Assembly: GCA_965649265.1 (NCBI GenBank) | Contig: CBFGKC010000001.1 | Span: forward strand, 190,613-254,612 | Source: a candidate division WOR-3 bacterium | GTDB lineage: Bacteria > Hydrothermota > Tepidihabitantia > B3-TA06 | DNA length: 64,000 nucleotides | Direction of reading: 5' to 3' | Part shown: piece after piece, positions 27,456-37,539 of the stretch | How positions within the stretch are numbered: the stretch's first letter is position 1 | Layout: each line of letters starts with the position of its first letter | Notes under the pieces: model-generated | The model's database searches: none | Seen by the model: only the letters and a program-made list of their open reading frames with translations | Told to the model about the DNA's origin: nothing | Program-made: the position numbers and the translations under genes

Positions 27456-28910
27456 ATGTCACAGGGAAATAACACAATGTCTGGATCGAAAAATGGTGAA
27501 ATCAGGGTTCGCATTGCCCCCTCGCCGACAGGTGCCATACACGTCGGTCTTGCGCGCTCGGCACTCTACAACTATCTTTTCGCGCGCAAGCACGAAGGAA
27601 CATTCGTCCTTCGCATTGAGGATACGGACGTTGAGCGCTCGACCCAGGAATCAGCCGACGCAATCGTCAAAGGACTTGCCTGGCTCGGTATCACATTCGA
27701 CGAGGGACCTTACTATCAATCCCAGCGGCTCGACATCTACCGCAAGTACGCAGATGAACTCATCCGCAATGGCCACGCTTACCGCTGCTACTGCAGCGCG
27801 GAGCGTCTCGAAGAGGAACGCAAAAAGGCTGAGGCCGAAAAGCGGGCGTGGAAATATGACAGACATTGCCTCAATCTCTCCGACGAAGAAAGAAAGAGCC
27901 TTGAATCCGCAGGTGTAAAGCCTGCGATCCGCCTCCTCATCCCCGAAGGCTCCACAACATTCTCCGACCTCATTCACGGTGACGTCACACGCGAGCACAA
28001 GGACGTCGAGGATTTCGTCATCCTGCGCTCCAACGGCGTGGCAATGTACAACTTTGCCGTCGTCGTAGACGACTATGAGATGAAAATCAGCCACGTTCTG
28101 CGCGCGGTCGAACACATCTCAAACACCGCCAAGCAGGTTCTTCTCTACAACGCTTTCGGCTGGCCGATTCCGGAGTTTGCCCACCTCCCCCTCATTCTCG
28201 GCGGGGATAAAAAGAAACTCTCCAAGCGCCACGGCGCCATGTCGCTCGAGGAGTTCCGTTCCCAGGGTTATCTCGCCGACGCGATGGTCAACTTCCTCGC
28301 CCTGCTCGGATGGTCTCCGGGCGAGGACCGCGAACTCATCTCCCGCGAGGAACTCGTAAATCTATTCACCATTGAGCGCATCAACACATCCAACGCGATA
28401 TTCGACATGGCCAAGCTCTCATGGATGAACGGCGAGTACCTGCGCAAGCTCGCGCCTGACAGGCTCCTTTCTGAGTTCAACGACTGGCTTTCCTCGCAGT
28501 CCATCACACTTACCGCCGATCCTTCCCTGGTCGACAAGGCCCTTCCGCTCGTCGCCGAACGCTCGCGCACGCTCGCAGAGGTCTACGACTCCCTCCTCCC
28601 TTACATATCCAACGATCTGGTTTACGATGAAGAAGGCCTGAAAAAGCATTTCCGCAAGGATCTCGCAACTGTCCACAAACGCCTCACCCTTTACCGCGAG
28701 CGTCTTGCGGCCCTGCCGGAGTTCACGAAGGAGGCCGCAGAAGAAACGCTCCGTCTCCTCGTGGAAGAACTCGGCGTCAAGCCGGGCGAACTCATCCACC
28801 CCGTTCGCCTGGCGGTCACGGGCCGCACCGTGGGGCCCCCCCTGTTCGACTGCCTCGACCTCCTGGGCCGCGAGCGCGTGCTCGCGCGCCTGGCGAAACT
28901 GCCGGAGTAA
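27456..28910 (+). CDS. gltX: Glutamate--tRNA ligase
   Basis: RIAPSPTGAIHVG (HIGH), LRIEDTD, KKLSKRHG (KMSKS), CYC zinc site, anticodon-binding domain; start could be 27477. Confidence 0.96.
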   Translation: MSQGNNTMSGSKNGEIRVRIAPSPTGAIHVGLARSALYNYLFARKHEGTFVLRIEDTDVERSTQESADAIVKGLAWLGITFDEGPYYQSQRLDIYRKYADELIRNGHAYRCYCSAERLEEERKKAEAEKRAWKYDRHCLNLSDEERKSLESAGVKPAIRLLIPEGSTTFSDLIHGDVTREHKDVEDFVILRSNGVAMYNFAVVVDDYEMKISHVLRAVEHISNTAKQVLLYNAFGWPIPEFAHLPLILGGDKKKLSKRHGAMSLEEFRSQGYLADAMVNFLALLGWSPGEDRELISREELVNLFTIERINTSNAIFDMAKLSWMNGEYLRKLAPDRLLSEFNDWLSSQSITLTADPSLVDKALPLVAERSRTLAEVYDSLLPYISNDLVYDEEGLKKHFRKDLATVHKRLTLYRERLAALPEFTKEAAEETLRLLVEELGVKPGELIHPVRLAVTGRTVGPPLFDCLDLLGRERVLARLAKLPE

Positions 28911-28972
28911 CATCCTCGATTTCCTCCTCTCTGCGGTCGAAAAATAAATCCTCATAAGCCCAAGGACAAAGA

Positions 28973-29000
28973 TTGACTTCCCCCTCCATCTCGATATTCT
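28973..29000 (+). promoter_or_regulatory. sigma-70-type promoter (N16), leaderless
   Basis: TTGACT-N16-TATTCT, ATG 6 nt downstream, no SD. Confidence 0.7.
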
Positions 29001-29006
29001 TAAAAT

Positions 29007-29726
29007 ATGATTCCTGAAAAGCCCGTGGGTGCAAAAGCCTTCCGCTACTACGACCTCATCATGGCGGCGTTCGTGACCGTGCTGCTAGTTTCCAACATCG
29101 TATCGACCAAGATAACGCATCTTGGTCCGTTCTCGTTCGACGCGGGGACCCTTCTCTTCCCTCTCGCCTACATATTCGGCGACGTCCTCACCGAGGTCTA
29201 CGGCTACGCGCGTTCGCGCCGCGTGATATGGGTGGGGTTCGCGGCGAACCTCCTCATGTCTGCCATAATCATGCTGGTTGGTGCGCTTCCTGCTGCGGAA
29301 GGCTGGCCGTTCCAGGAGTCGTACATGAACGTTCTCGGGCTCACGCCCCGCATCGTAATAGCGAGCCTGGTTGCCTACTGGGCGGGTGAGTTTTCCAACT
29401 CCTTCGTGCTCGCGAAGATGAAGCTCGCAACCAAAGGTCGCTTCCTCTGGACGCGCACGATAGGCTCCACAATCGTCGGCGAGGCGGTCGACACGGCAAT
29501 ATTCGCGACGGTCGCGTTCCTGGGCGTGCTCCCCTCCTCCCTGCTAGTTACCGTAATCATCTCCAACTACGTCTTCAAGGTTGGTGTTGAGATCGTGTTC
29601 ACGCCGCTGACCTACCTCATCGTGGGCGGTCTCAAGCGCGCGGAAGGAGTCGACTACTACGACCGCAAAACCAACTTCAACCCGTTCCTGCTCTCAACAA
29701 AGAAAATCTCCGAGCCCGAAGGCTGA
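29007..29726 (+). CDS. yhhQ: Queuosine precursor transporter (YhhQ/DUF165)
   Basis: LLVSNI, FPLAYIFGDVLTEVYG, PRIVIASLVAY, RTIGSTIVGEAVDT. Confidence 0.92.
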   Translation: MIPEKPVGAKAFRYYDLIMAAFVTVLLVSNIVSTKITHLGPFSFDAGTLLFPLAYIFGDVLTEVYGYARSRRVIWVGFAANLLMSAIIMLVGALPAAEGWPFQESYMNVLGLTPRIVIASLVAYWAGEFSNSFVLAKMKLATKGRFLWTRTIGSTIVGEAVDTAIFATVAFLGVLPSSLLVTVIISNYVFKVGVEIVFTPLTYLIVGGLKRAEGVDYYDRKTNFNPFLLSTKKISEPEG

Positions 29727-29851
29727 AGGCTTATCTTGAGGAGGCACGAATCTTCAGGACAGGAAGTCAGCGTTTTGTTTTAAGCAAAATCGTTAAATAC
29801 GAAAAAAATGATTGATGCATGAAAAAATCTTAAGTGAAAGAGGAGCAAGCT

Positions 29852-30196
29852 ATGGCCGAATTTCCCCTGTTCATGCGTAATCCCGTGAACGCAATCGTTC
29901 CTCAAATGCAATCGCCAGGTGTCGAAGGTTTCGTCTATGACGGCGTGGACGGCTCGCAGATGGCGTTCTGGACGGCCGCCAGGTCAGGCAAATCGTCCGA
30001 ACACACCCACCCGTTCGACGAGTATTTCGTCGTCATCGAAGGGGAGTGCATCTTATATATGCAGGGGGAGGGGCTGGTGCTCCGCCGCGGCGATGAGTGT
30101 TTTATCCCGGGTGGTACCCCGCATTCCACGGAGAACGCGGCAGGTACACGGACCATCCACGCGTTCGCAGGAAAGAGGGCGGAAAGAAGAAAGTGA
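29852..30196 (+). CDS. Cupin domain protein
   Basis: RBS GAGGAG; HTHPFDEYFVVIEG and FIPGGTPH cupin motifs. Confidence 0.88.
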   Translation: MAEFPLFMRNPVNAIVPQMQSPGVEGFVYDGVDGSQMAFWTAARSGKSSEHTHPFDEYFVVIEGECILYMQGEGLVLRRGDECFIPGGTPHSTENAAGTRTIHAFAGKRAERRK

Positions 30197-30397
30197 ATAC
30201 TTTCTCCTGCCTTCCCACGGCTTTCTCACGATCACGAGTTTTAAGAGGAACTAAAAAAAGAAACTTGCAGTCGTTGATGCGCGCGACAGCCCGAATTAGG
30301 AGATTAAACAAGGCTTGATACTGTGTAAACAGGCAACCCTGTGTTGCTTTCCTGCGTCATAAACCTATAATTGATCTTTCAAAAGTCGGAGGTCCAG

Positions 30398-32602
30398 GTG
30401 CAAATAATCTTTGTCTTATCCCTTTTTCAAGCAAGAACCATCGAGGCGGTACGCGTAGATACTCCGCCTGTAATAGACGGCAAACTCGATGAAGCATGCT
30501 GGGTAGAGAATCCGGGTTTCAGCGATTTTATGGAAAACTGGCCCGTTCTTTGCGATCCCGCGTCGGAGTCTACTCGCGTGGTGGTTCTTTACGACGAAGA
30601 CAATCTCTACATGGGTTGCTTCTGTCCTTATATAGACTCAAATCAGGTGGTTGCGTGGCTTGTGCCGCGTGGTTCAATTGGTGATGGGGATGACATCACT
30701 ATTACTATCGATACCTACAATGATGATCGCAACGCTTTCAGGTTCGCCTTCAATCCCCTTGGCAACCAGCGCGATGCCTATCTTTCAGAGGGTGGACGCA
30801 GGATTGACGAGTCGTGGGACGGCGTCTGGTATGTAAAAACGTCAATCGATAAATATGGGTGGTATGCGGAGTTATCCGTACCTTTCAAAACCTTGCGCTT
30901 TAAGCCACAAGATGAGCAGGAATGGGGCTTATGCGTTTCACGCTGGCTGGATAACAGGGCCGAACGAGTGCTGTGGTCCGACTATTCCCCTGAGGACTTT
31001 GGACGCGGTACCATGATCGAACGGTTCGGAACCATTACGGGCATTCGCGGCATAAAACCCGGGCTTCACATGGAATTCCTTCCACATCTCACGCAGACAC
31101 TGCATATGGGCAACACCAGTCCGGATAGCACAGGTTTTGAAGATATCTCACTCGTGCCTATCCAGAACGGAGTAGTCGGTCTTGACTACAAATGGGCCGT
31201 TGCTTCGAATCTCACAATGGACATAACGACGTTTCCCGATTACGGGCAAGTAGAGGCCGACCCCGAAGAAATAAACCTTTCACAATACGAGACTTACTTT
31301 TCAGAACGAAGGCCGTTCTTTACGGAAGGTGCGAGCATATTCGAATTTCCCTATCTCGATCTGGTATACACGAGACGCATCGGCAAGAGACTGCCCGACG
31401 GCACAGAGGTTCCCATATACGGAGGAGGAAAGTTTACGGGCAAGGTGGGGGGGACGGAAATGGGATTTCTCGAAGCCTTGACCGGTTCAACGGAATACAC
31501 TGACTGGTACGGCAATCAACAAAAAGAACCTCTCTACCTTTACTCGGTCGGTCGGGTCACGCAGGATATTTTCGGACGATCCAAGGTTGGACTCATAGCA
31601 ACTTCCAGAGACAGGCTGGATGCCCCTTACAAGGGTGATCACGTTGTGGGTGCAGATACCAGATTGAGATTTACCGATGACTGGGACCTGGTTGCCGTAG
31701 GTGCGCGTACGCTCTATTCCGATACCGCGGGTACGCCTGACTCGCTCACGCGCAGCGGAGGCAACATATTAGGTTTGGGTGTAACTCATGCAGGGCTTTT
31801 CACATACGGAGCGGATTTATTCTACACGGATTCCACCGCCAACATCAACGCCATTGGTTATATAGGCCGCCCGGGGAGGTTAAGCGGAAGCGTGGATTTT
31901 ACTTATCAAAATTCCTGGAATGACAAGTGGATACGCTTCTTAAGCACCGGCGTGTACCCCAATATCGGCAAGTCTCTAAGCGACAGCCTGTGGTCCTACG
32001 GCGCATCCACGAGTACGTCAGCAACGCTCTCCAACAATTGGGCGGTATGGGTGAGCGGGTCTCTCGAAAACTCCTATTTTTATGAAGATAACACCCAGCG
32101 TTTGACCCAAAACGCCGGAACAGGGTTTTCATCCAACTCGGCCAAGATTTTCTACGGCGGGATAAGCATAAACGAATGGGATCAATACATTTATCAGAAT
32201 GGTCCTCTTTACTTCGGGCATGTGGTCGCATTCAGTCCCAACTTCGGACTTCGTATTGCCAGGAACTGCTTTGTTTCGGGTTATGCGACACTCGATAGAA
32301 CGTTCTACGGCGACTGGACTGCCGACTCGCTCTACTATCCACAATGGATGTGGACCGCGGGCGAGGGCATTCGCTACACTGCGACTAATAAACTCAGTTT
32401 CAGGTTGAACATGCAGCAGAACACGGACGCCGAGCGCTATAACCAGCAGCTTCTGGCAACCTGGGAGATAGCGCCTCTGAGCTACCTTTACCTTGCTTCA
32501 ACCATGAATCTTGAAGGCGATCCTCTGACTGCGACTCCATTCGATGTCCACGTAAGCGAGATGGCGTTTTACGCCAAGGTGGTTTATCTCTTCAGGATAT
32601 AA
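30398..32602 (+). CDS. CBM9-like + DUF5916 outer-membrane protein
   Basis: PVIDGKLDE, YDEDNLY, WYAELSVPFKTLRF, PDYGQVEAD, ERRPFFTEG; C-terminal beta-strand KVVYLFRI. Confidence 0.85.
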   Translation: MQIIFVLSLFQARTIEAVRVDTPPVIDGKLDEACWVENPGFSDFMENWPVLCDPASESTRVVVLYDEDNLYMGCFCPYIDSNQVVAWLVPRGSIGDGDDITITIDTYNDDRNAFRFAFNPLGNQRDAYLSEGGRRIDESWDGVWYVKTSIDKYGWYAELSVPFKTLRFKPQDEQEWGLCVSRWLDNRAERVLWSDYSPEDFGRGTMIERFGTITGIRGIKPGLHMEFLPHLTQTLHMGNTSPDSTGFEDISLVPIQNGVVGLDYKWAVASNLTMDITTFPDYGQVEADPEEINLSQYETYFSERRPFFTEGASIFEFPYLDLVYTRRIGKRLPDGTEVPIYGGGKFTGKVGGTEMGFLEALTGSTEYTDWYGNQQKEPLYLYSVGRVTQDIFGRSKVGLIATSRDRLDAPYKGDHVVGADTRLRFTDDWDLVAVGARTLYSDTAGTPDSLTRSGGNILGLGVTHAGLFTYGADLFYTDSTANINAIGYIGRPGRLSGSVDFTYQNSWNDKWIRFLSTGVYPNIGKSLSDSLWSYGASTSTSATLSNNWAVWVSGSLENSYFYEDNTQRLTQNAGTGFSSNSAKIFYGGISINEWDQYIYQNGPLYFGHVVAFSPNFGLRIARNCFVSGYATLDRTFYGDWTADSLYYPQWMWTAGEGIRYTATNKLSFRLNMQQNTDAERYNQQLLATWEIAPLSYLYLASTMNLEGDPLTATPFDVHVSEMAFYAKVVYLFRI

Positions 32603-32620
32603 GAACCAACCCCGTGGAAG

Positions 32621-33175
32621 TTACCGACTCTTCCAGAGTTCGTATTTAATTAAGCTATGCAGAGCCTCATCGTTGGAAAAAATAATCGCACCAATCATGA
32701 AGTCCTCACCTGTCCTCATGAATGAGATTGTGTTTTTACCTTTATTCAAGACGTTTTCCTGAATCGCTGCTATACATGGGATAAACCCGGAGCTATCAAT
32801 TAGTTCCCTTAAAAAGTTCACGTGGGCGGTATCCGCCTCAAGTTCAAGCCAGCAAGACAAAAAGGGCTCCTTAAGGGAATCGGAGTAAGGATCGTTTTCA
32901 TCCGAGTGGAGGGTAGCCGTATCTTCGTTAGTATTAACAAGAAAGTTCCCACCGCGGTATAAAAACCCCAGGGTGAAACCGGAATCTTCGGGATCGCTTA
33001 AGTCAAAGGAATAACCGAGGCTGTCTTTCTCAGGTAATGGTATATACCAGGAAGAAATGGTATCTTGTCCTACATGATGAACTTCTCTGTCGAGCACAAT
33101 CGTCTGGGGGTTGTTCGTCGAACATTCCAAAAGGGCAAAGAATGTAAGGATTAAACCAATCCGACCTTTCGACAT
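32621..33175 (-). CDS. Hypothetical lipoprotein
   Basis: RBS AGGAGG; leader ending LLEC; own promoter. Confidence 0.7.
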   Translation of the reverse strand: MSKGRIGLILTFFALLECSTNNPQTIVLDREVHHVGQDTISSWYIPLPEKDSLGYSFDLSDPEDSGFTLGFLYRGGNFLVNTNEDTATLHSDENDPYSDSLKEPFLSCWLELEADTAHVNFLRELIDSSGFIPCIAAIQENVLNKGKNTISFMRTGEDFMIGAIIFSNDEALHSLIKYELWKSR

Positions 33176-33202
33176 GTGTTCCTCCTTTCAAAACCTGTAT
33201 AA

Positions 33203-33272
33203 AGTTTAGCAAGATTTTCTTTTGAGTCAAGATATTTTTATCACTTGACTTGATTCCTGTTCCGGTTAAACT
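33203..33272. promoter_or_regulatory. Back-to-back divergent sigma-70-type promoters (both N16)
   Basis: Minus TTGACT(33230)-N16-TAAACT; plus TTGACT(33245)-N16-TAAACT. Confidence 0.7.
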
Positions 33273-33288
33273 AAACGTGGAGGCAGCG

Positions 33289-34101
33289 ATGCTGGACGTA
33301 GAAAAGGCACTCGAATACATAGAGTTCGAAGGAACCGATCTTGACCGCTATCGCTGTCGTTTTCTTTTCAGGGGCGAGCGTGACGACACCATGGCTACCT
33401 GGCTTTTCGGATCCTACCAGAATTCAGACGGCGGCTATCCTCTTCACCTTATCTACGGCGAGCAATCCAATGTCTCCGAGACGGCAAAAATGCTCGCTTA
33501 CTCGAGCGAACTCGGCATAGCTAACTCTCCCGTATCCCACAGGGCTCTAGAGTTTCTTAAAACTCGCCAGCATGTGCTCGGCTTCTGGCAGGAAAGCTCG
33601 TCTCAACTTGAACTGGGTGAGGACATGGGTGGTGAATGGGGCAGGCTCTGGCTTTCCGCGTATGTAGGCAGAGCGCTTTGCATGGCAGGGCAGCGAGAAC
33701 TCGTTGAAACAAAAAGAGTGCGCAACTACTTTCTTGCATTAAGGGTTAACGGCCATCAGTTTACGACATCGCCTGCAATTCATTGTCTGGCGCTCGGATT
33801 CTTTGCCTTGCTTGAAGGCGCTAACTGCGGAATCGTAAGGGAGGCCCTGCCCTTCGCGATTGCTAATTTCACGAAGGCCAAAGAACCGAGGCTCATCAAT
33901 ATTCAGGTGCAGTGCCTTCTCGATGCGGGTGTGCAGCCTGAGCACGAGGTGCTTAAGGAGGCAAGAAGACGTCTTGTAAGACTCGAGGAGCGCGACGGAG
34001 GCTGGGGCGAAGACTATGAAGGGCTTCGCACAAGAACCACTATTGACGTGCTTTTACTTCTCTTGAAACTCGGGGCCTGGAGACTGGTGGAGGAGAACTA
34101 G
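33289..34101 (+). CDS. Prenyltransferase/squalene-cyclase-repeat-like helical protein
   Basis: QNSDGGY, QHVLGFW, EERDGGW QW-like repeats; RBS GGAGG. Confidence 0.65.
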   Translation: MLDVEKALEYIEFEGTDLDRYRCRFLFRGERDDTMATWLFGSYQNSDGGYPLHLIYGEQSNVSETAKMLAYSSELGIANSPVSHRALEFLKTRQHVLGFWQESSSQLELGEDMGGEWGRLWLSAYVGRALCMAGQRELVETKRVRNYFLALRVNGHQFTTSPAIHCLALGFFALLEGANCGIVREALPFAIANFTKAKEPRLINIQVQCLLDAGVQPEHEVLKEARRRLVRLEERDGGWGEDYEGLRTRTTIDVLLLLLKLGAWRLVEEN

Positions 34102-34113
34102 AAAGGAGTTTTT

Positions 34114-35058
34114 ATGACAGCTGATACATCAAGCACTGTTCGTTTCAAGCTCAACCTGGACAGGGCGTTTCGCGACGTCTGGCAGGTTTTCAAGAAAGGC
34201 TGGCTCAGCCTGGCGGGGTTGCAGGTTATCTCCGCGGCATCCGTGGCGCTGTTTTATGTGTTCGCGCTGATTGTTGCAAAAAATCTGGCCTCTGATTTCA
34301 GCGAGCTTGAAAAAAACAACGCCCTTTACCCCCTCATCGCCGTAGGCATCGCTCTGGTCGCGGCCCTCTTCTTTTTCACGAACTGGGTTTCGGCTTCAAG
34401 CGCTCTTGTCGCTCACCGCTCGATGACCGGTGAGGAAAGAAAAGCAGGTCGCGCGCTGGTGGATTCCTGGCCGCAAACAGGTCGTCTTCTTTTGTTTAAC
34501 CTGATGATGACCGGCCTCGTTCTTGCGGTATACGCCGCTCTTGCCGTTCCCGTTGCCTTGCTGATCTCTGCATCGTCTGGAAGCGAGACTAAACTTGGCT
34601 GGGCCATAGGGCTTTCATTAGTCTTGATCTTCGTTTTCATCATGGGTCTTGCGGTGCTTGGTTCCTGGCTTTACATCAAGCTCGGGTTCGTCTCCTTCGC
34701 CATAGTCGTCGAAAAAAAGGGGATCGGGGATGCGATCCGCAGGAGTTTTTCCTTGACCCTGAAAAACTTCTGGGCGTCACTCGGGGTTATTTTTCTCGGG
34801 AGCATGATTGTGAGCGTCGCGGTCAGCGTTCTTATGTACATTATCTCGATTCCACTGATGATCACCTGGGTCGTATCCCTGGCGGCCTACTCCAAGGATA
34901 ACGTGCTGCCCTTGGGCGTCATTATCGGATTTGCCGCGGCCCAATTTCTCGCTCAGATCATCATGGGTATGGGTATTTGGTCGCTTTGGGGAGGACTCTA
35001 CTCCCAGCTGAAGGACAACGCCCCCTCCTCGCTCTCCTCACCCTCCCAGACCTCCTAA
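34114..35058 (+). CDS. Multi-pass membrane protein (GDPD membrane-domain-like)
   Basis: About 6 TM segments; AIVVEKKGIGDAIRRSFSLTLKNFW motif typical of this family. Confidence 0.7.
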   Translation: MTADTSSTVRFKLNLDRAFRDVWQVFKKGWLSLAGLQVISAASVALFYVFALIVAKNLASDFSELEKNNALYPLIAVGIALVAALFFFTNWVSASSALVAHRSMTGEERKAGRALVDSWPQTGRLLLFNLMMTGLVLAVYAALAVPVALLISASSGSETKLGWAIGLSLVLIFVFIMGLAVLGSWLYIKLGFVSFAIVVEKKGIGDAIRRSFSLTLKNFWASLGVIFLGSMIVSVAVSVLMYIISIPLMITWVVSLAAYSKDNVLPLGVIIGFAAAQFLAQIIMGMGIWSLWGGLYSQLKDNAPSSLSSPSQTS

Positions 35059-35115
35059 CCATCCTCTCCCCCCCAGCCCTACCTTTTCCTGAGGGTGAGA
35101 GATATCTTTAAACGC

Positions 35116-35628
35116 TCAGATCCACTTCTCGTAAGAGACTATCTCTTCGACCTCCTTGCGGTTCTTGAAGCGGGCCTGGTCGCGCGCATAGCCGAGCGTC
35201 AGAAGCGCTGCGACCTTGAATTCTTTCGGTATGCCAAGGAGTTTCTTGACGTCCTCCTGATAGAATGCGCCCAGCCAGCATGAGCCCAATCCCTGTTCCA
35301 CCGCCGCAAGCGTCATGTGATCCACGGCAATCGCAAGATCAACGGCGTATGACGGAACGCCGCAGGTCATTACCCTTTCCGGTTCCAGGGCAACGGCCGC
35401 AATAATCACCGGCGCCTCGGCCACGAACTGCTGTTCTTTTGCCGCTTTTGCCAGCGCCTTGCGCATGGCCGCATCACGGACAATCACGAACTTCCACGGC
35501 TGCTTGTTGTTTGCAGACGGAGCAAGCCTTGCCGCCTCGAGCACTTTCAAGAGAACATCCTGGGCTATTTCCCTCTTGTCGTAAGCGCGCACACTCCTGC
35601 GATCGCGAATAGCTTTTGAAACGTCCAT
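35116..35628 (-). CDS. Nitroreductase family protein
   Basis: RRSVRAY, APSANNKQPW, GLGSCW; RBS AAGGAG; promoter TTGACA(35678)-N16-TAGACT. Confidence 0.93.
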   Translation of the reverse strand: MDVSKAIRDRRSVRAYDKREIAQDVLLKVLEAARLAPSANNKQPWKFVIVRDAAMRKALAKAAKEQQFVAEAPVIIAAVALEPERVMTCGVPSYAVDLAIAVDHMTLAAVEQGLGSCWLGAFYQEDVKKLLGIPKEFKVAALLTLGYARDQARFKNRKEVEEIVSYEKWI

Positions 35629-35686
35629 TAGAACTCCTTGGTTTGAAAAAAGTCTATCAACAATCCACTTGTTGTCAATAAACGGG

Positions 35687-37417
35687 TCACGTAAATCGAT
35701 TAGTACCCATTCTTTCTTGCCTGAGCGCGTCCGTAAGAACCCTCGAGATATCATCCCGTGATTCGGCCTTGAGAACTGCGAGTCTCACTTTCTCGGCTTC
35801 CATCGTTCTTGCGATTGCGGCGAGGATCTTTACTTGAAAATCTTCCTTGTCATCCTGCGGGGTTAAAAGCAGGAAAACGAAATTCACGGGCAAACCATCT
35901 GAAGTGTTCCATTCAATGCCCTTATAAGATCTTCCAAGCGTGAAAACAGGTTCCCTGATGCCTTCTATCCTTGCGTGAGGTATAGCTATTCCTTTTTCCA
36001 TGCCCGTTCCCAGTATGCTTTCGCGCATGTTTACCGCTGCGCTCGAAACGGGCTCTTCAGGGGCGTTCTCCTTTCTCGAAACGGCTTCGCACAGTTCCGC
36101 AATGACCTCGGTTGGAGTACTGCCATTAAGATTTTCAATGATTCCGTCGGCAAAGAAATACTTCAATGCATCGAACTTGCCCTTTAGCTTCAAGGTTGCC
36201 GAAAGTAAAGGGCCTACGACTATCGAGGATACGACGGCCGCAATGACGATGGATTCGAAAACCGCAAGACTGATAATCCCGTACTCCAATGCCAGGCCCG
36301 AGATGATGATCTCCATTGCTCCGCCGGGGATGAGAGCAATTCCTGCGGCCACAACGTCCTCGGAAGGCATTCTTGCAAGCTTGGCGCCGAGTATCGCTCC
36401 CAGGAACTTTCCGCCCATATCTATAAGCAGAACAATCAATACAATCAGAAGATCAAAATTGGCGAGAAAGTCCACACGGAGTCCTATGGTGACGAAGAAG
36501 ACGGGTACAAAAAAGGAGTTCACCACCTGGGTTATTGTTTCGCGGGTTTTTTCCTGAATCTGACTCGCTTCCCCTGCCATTATCCCTGCAACAAGAAACC
36601 CGAACGCCGCATGTATGCCGATTAACTGGCTTAGAGCCCCGCAAACGCCTCCCAAAATTACAATAAAACTAAGAATGATTCCCGGTTTCGGCAGCGGGCT
36701 TTTATTGAACCAACCGGCGAGGCGGTCTACTGCGACCCGGCCAAGTGTAAAACTCACGACAAGGAAAAGAAAGGTCCCTCCGACTACCTTGAGCATGGAG
36801 AGCCAGGCGAACTTACTCTCGAAAACAAGACCAAGAACGAGGGTGAAGAGAACCCATGCCAGGATGTCTTTGAGGGTGGACGACGCGAGTATATTCAGGC
36901 CAAAATCACTCTTTAAGATGTCGAAATCCTGAAGGACTTTCGCTATTACTGGTACGGCTGAGATGCCGACAATCGTTGCGAAAAGTAATGCAAACGGCAA
37001 CCTTGCTCCGGCGCTGCCGATGAAGCGCTCGGGCACAATGAGTGCTGCCGCGAATCCCAATACTGCCGGAACCAGCATTCCTGTAAGGCCCAGTGAGATG
37101 GAAGTCCTGCGGTGTCGCCAGATAACGGAGGAGTCGACCTCGAAACCCGTCACGAGAAGCAGAAAAAAAACCCCAAGCCATGATACGGTATCCAGCATGC
37201 TTTTCTGCGTCGCATCCTGGGGGAAGAGGAAGGATTCGATTCCGGGAAAGAACCTTCCGAGGACCGTTGGTCCCAAGATTACACCGACGAGGATTTCCCC
37301 AACCAGAGCGGGCTGCTTGAGCCTGCGAAACAATTCGCCTGCTGCTTTTGCCGTAAATAAAATAATTACTAATTGTATAAGGAATATGAGTATGTTATGC
37401 TCGTTTATAAACTGCAC
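35687..37417 (-). CDS. Cation:proton antiporter (CPA2) fused to PTS EIIA domain
   Basis: QPALVGEILVGVILGP and many TM segments; C-terminal RES..TGM..GIAIPHAR EIIA(Fru/Ntr) motif. Confidence 0.9.
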   Translation of the reverse strand: MQFINEHNILIFLIQLVIILFTAKAAGELFRRLKQPALVGEILVGVILGPTVLGRFFPGIESFLFPQDATQKSMLDTVSWLGVFFLLLVTGFEVDSSVIWRHRRTSISLGLTGMLVPAVLGFAAALIVPERFIGSAGARLPFALLFATIVGISAVPVIAKVLQDFDILKSDFGLNILASSTLKDILAWVLFTLVLGLVFESKFAWLSMLKVVGGTFLFLVVSFTLGRVAVDRLAGWFNKSPLPKPGIILSFIVILGGVCGALSQLIGIHAAFGFLVAGIMAGEASQIQEKTRETITQVVNSFFVPVFFVTIGLRVDFLANFDLLIVLIVLLIDMGGKFLGAILGAKLARMPSEDVVAAGIALIPGGAMEIIISGLALEYGIISLAVFESIVIAAVVSSIVVGPLLSATLKLKGKFDALKYFFADGIIENLNGSTPTEVIAELCEAVSRKENAPEEPVSSAAVNMRESILGTGMEKGIAIPHARIEGIREPVFTLGRSYKGIEWNTSDGLPVNFVFLLLTPQDDKEDFQVKILAAIARTMEAEKVRLAVLKAESRDDISRVLTDALRQERMGTNRFT

Positions 37418-37422
37418 GCTGC

Positions 37423-37450
37423 ACTATACACGCGTCATTATGCTTGTCAA
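37423..37450 (-). promoter_or_regulatory. sigma-70-type promoter (N16), leaderless
   Basis: Minus TTGACA-N16-TATAGT, GTG 5 nt downstream. Confidence 0.7.
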
Positions 37451-37478
37451 GACGGGATATCTTCTCAAATCACAAAAT

Positions 37479-37507
37479 GCCTGGACCGGGGGGGGGCCGG
37501 TCCAGGC
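37479..37507 (-). terminator. Hairpin after argF
   Basis: GCCTGGACCGG-G7-CCGGTCCAGGC 11-bp stem; ATTTT follows on the minus strand. Confidence 0.7.
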
Positions 37508-37539
37508 GCGCTAAATTCTGGTCTTAATTAATACAGGTG

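Noticed and set aside
28911-29006. preQ1 riboswitch before yhhQ
   Set aside because: The promoter places the TSS at the ATG, and no aptamer consensus is visible.
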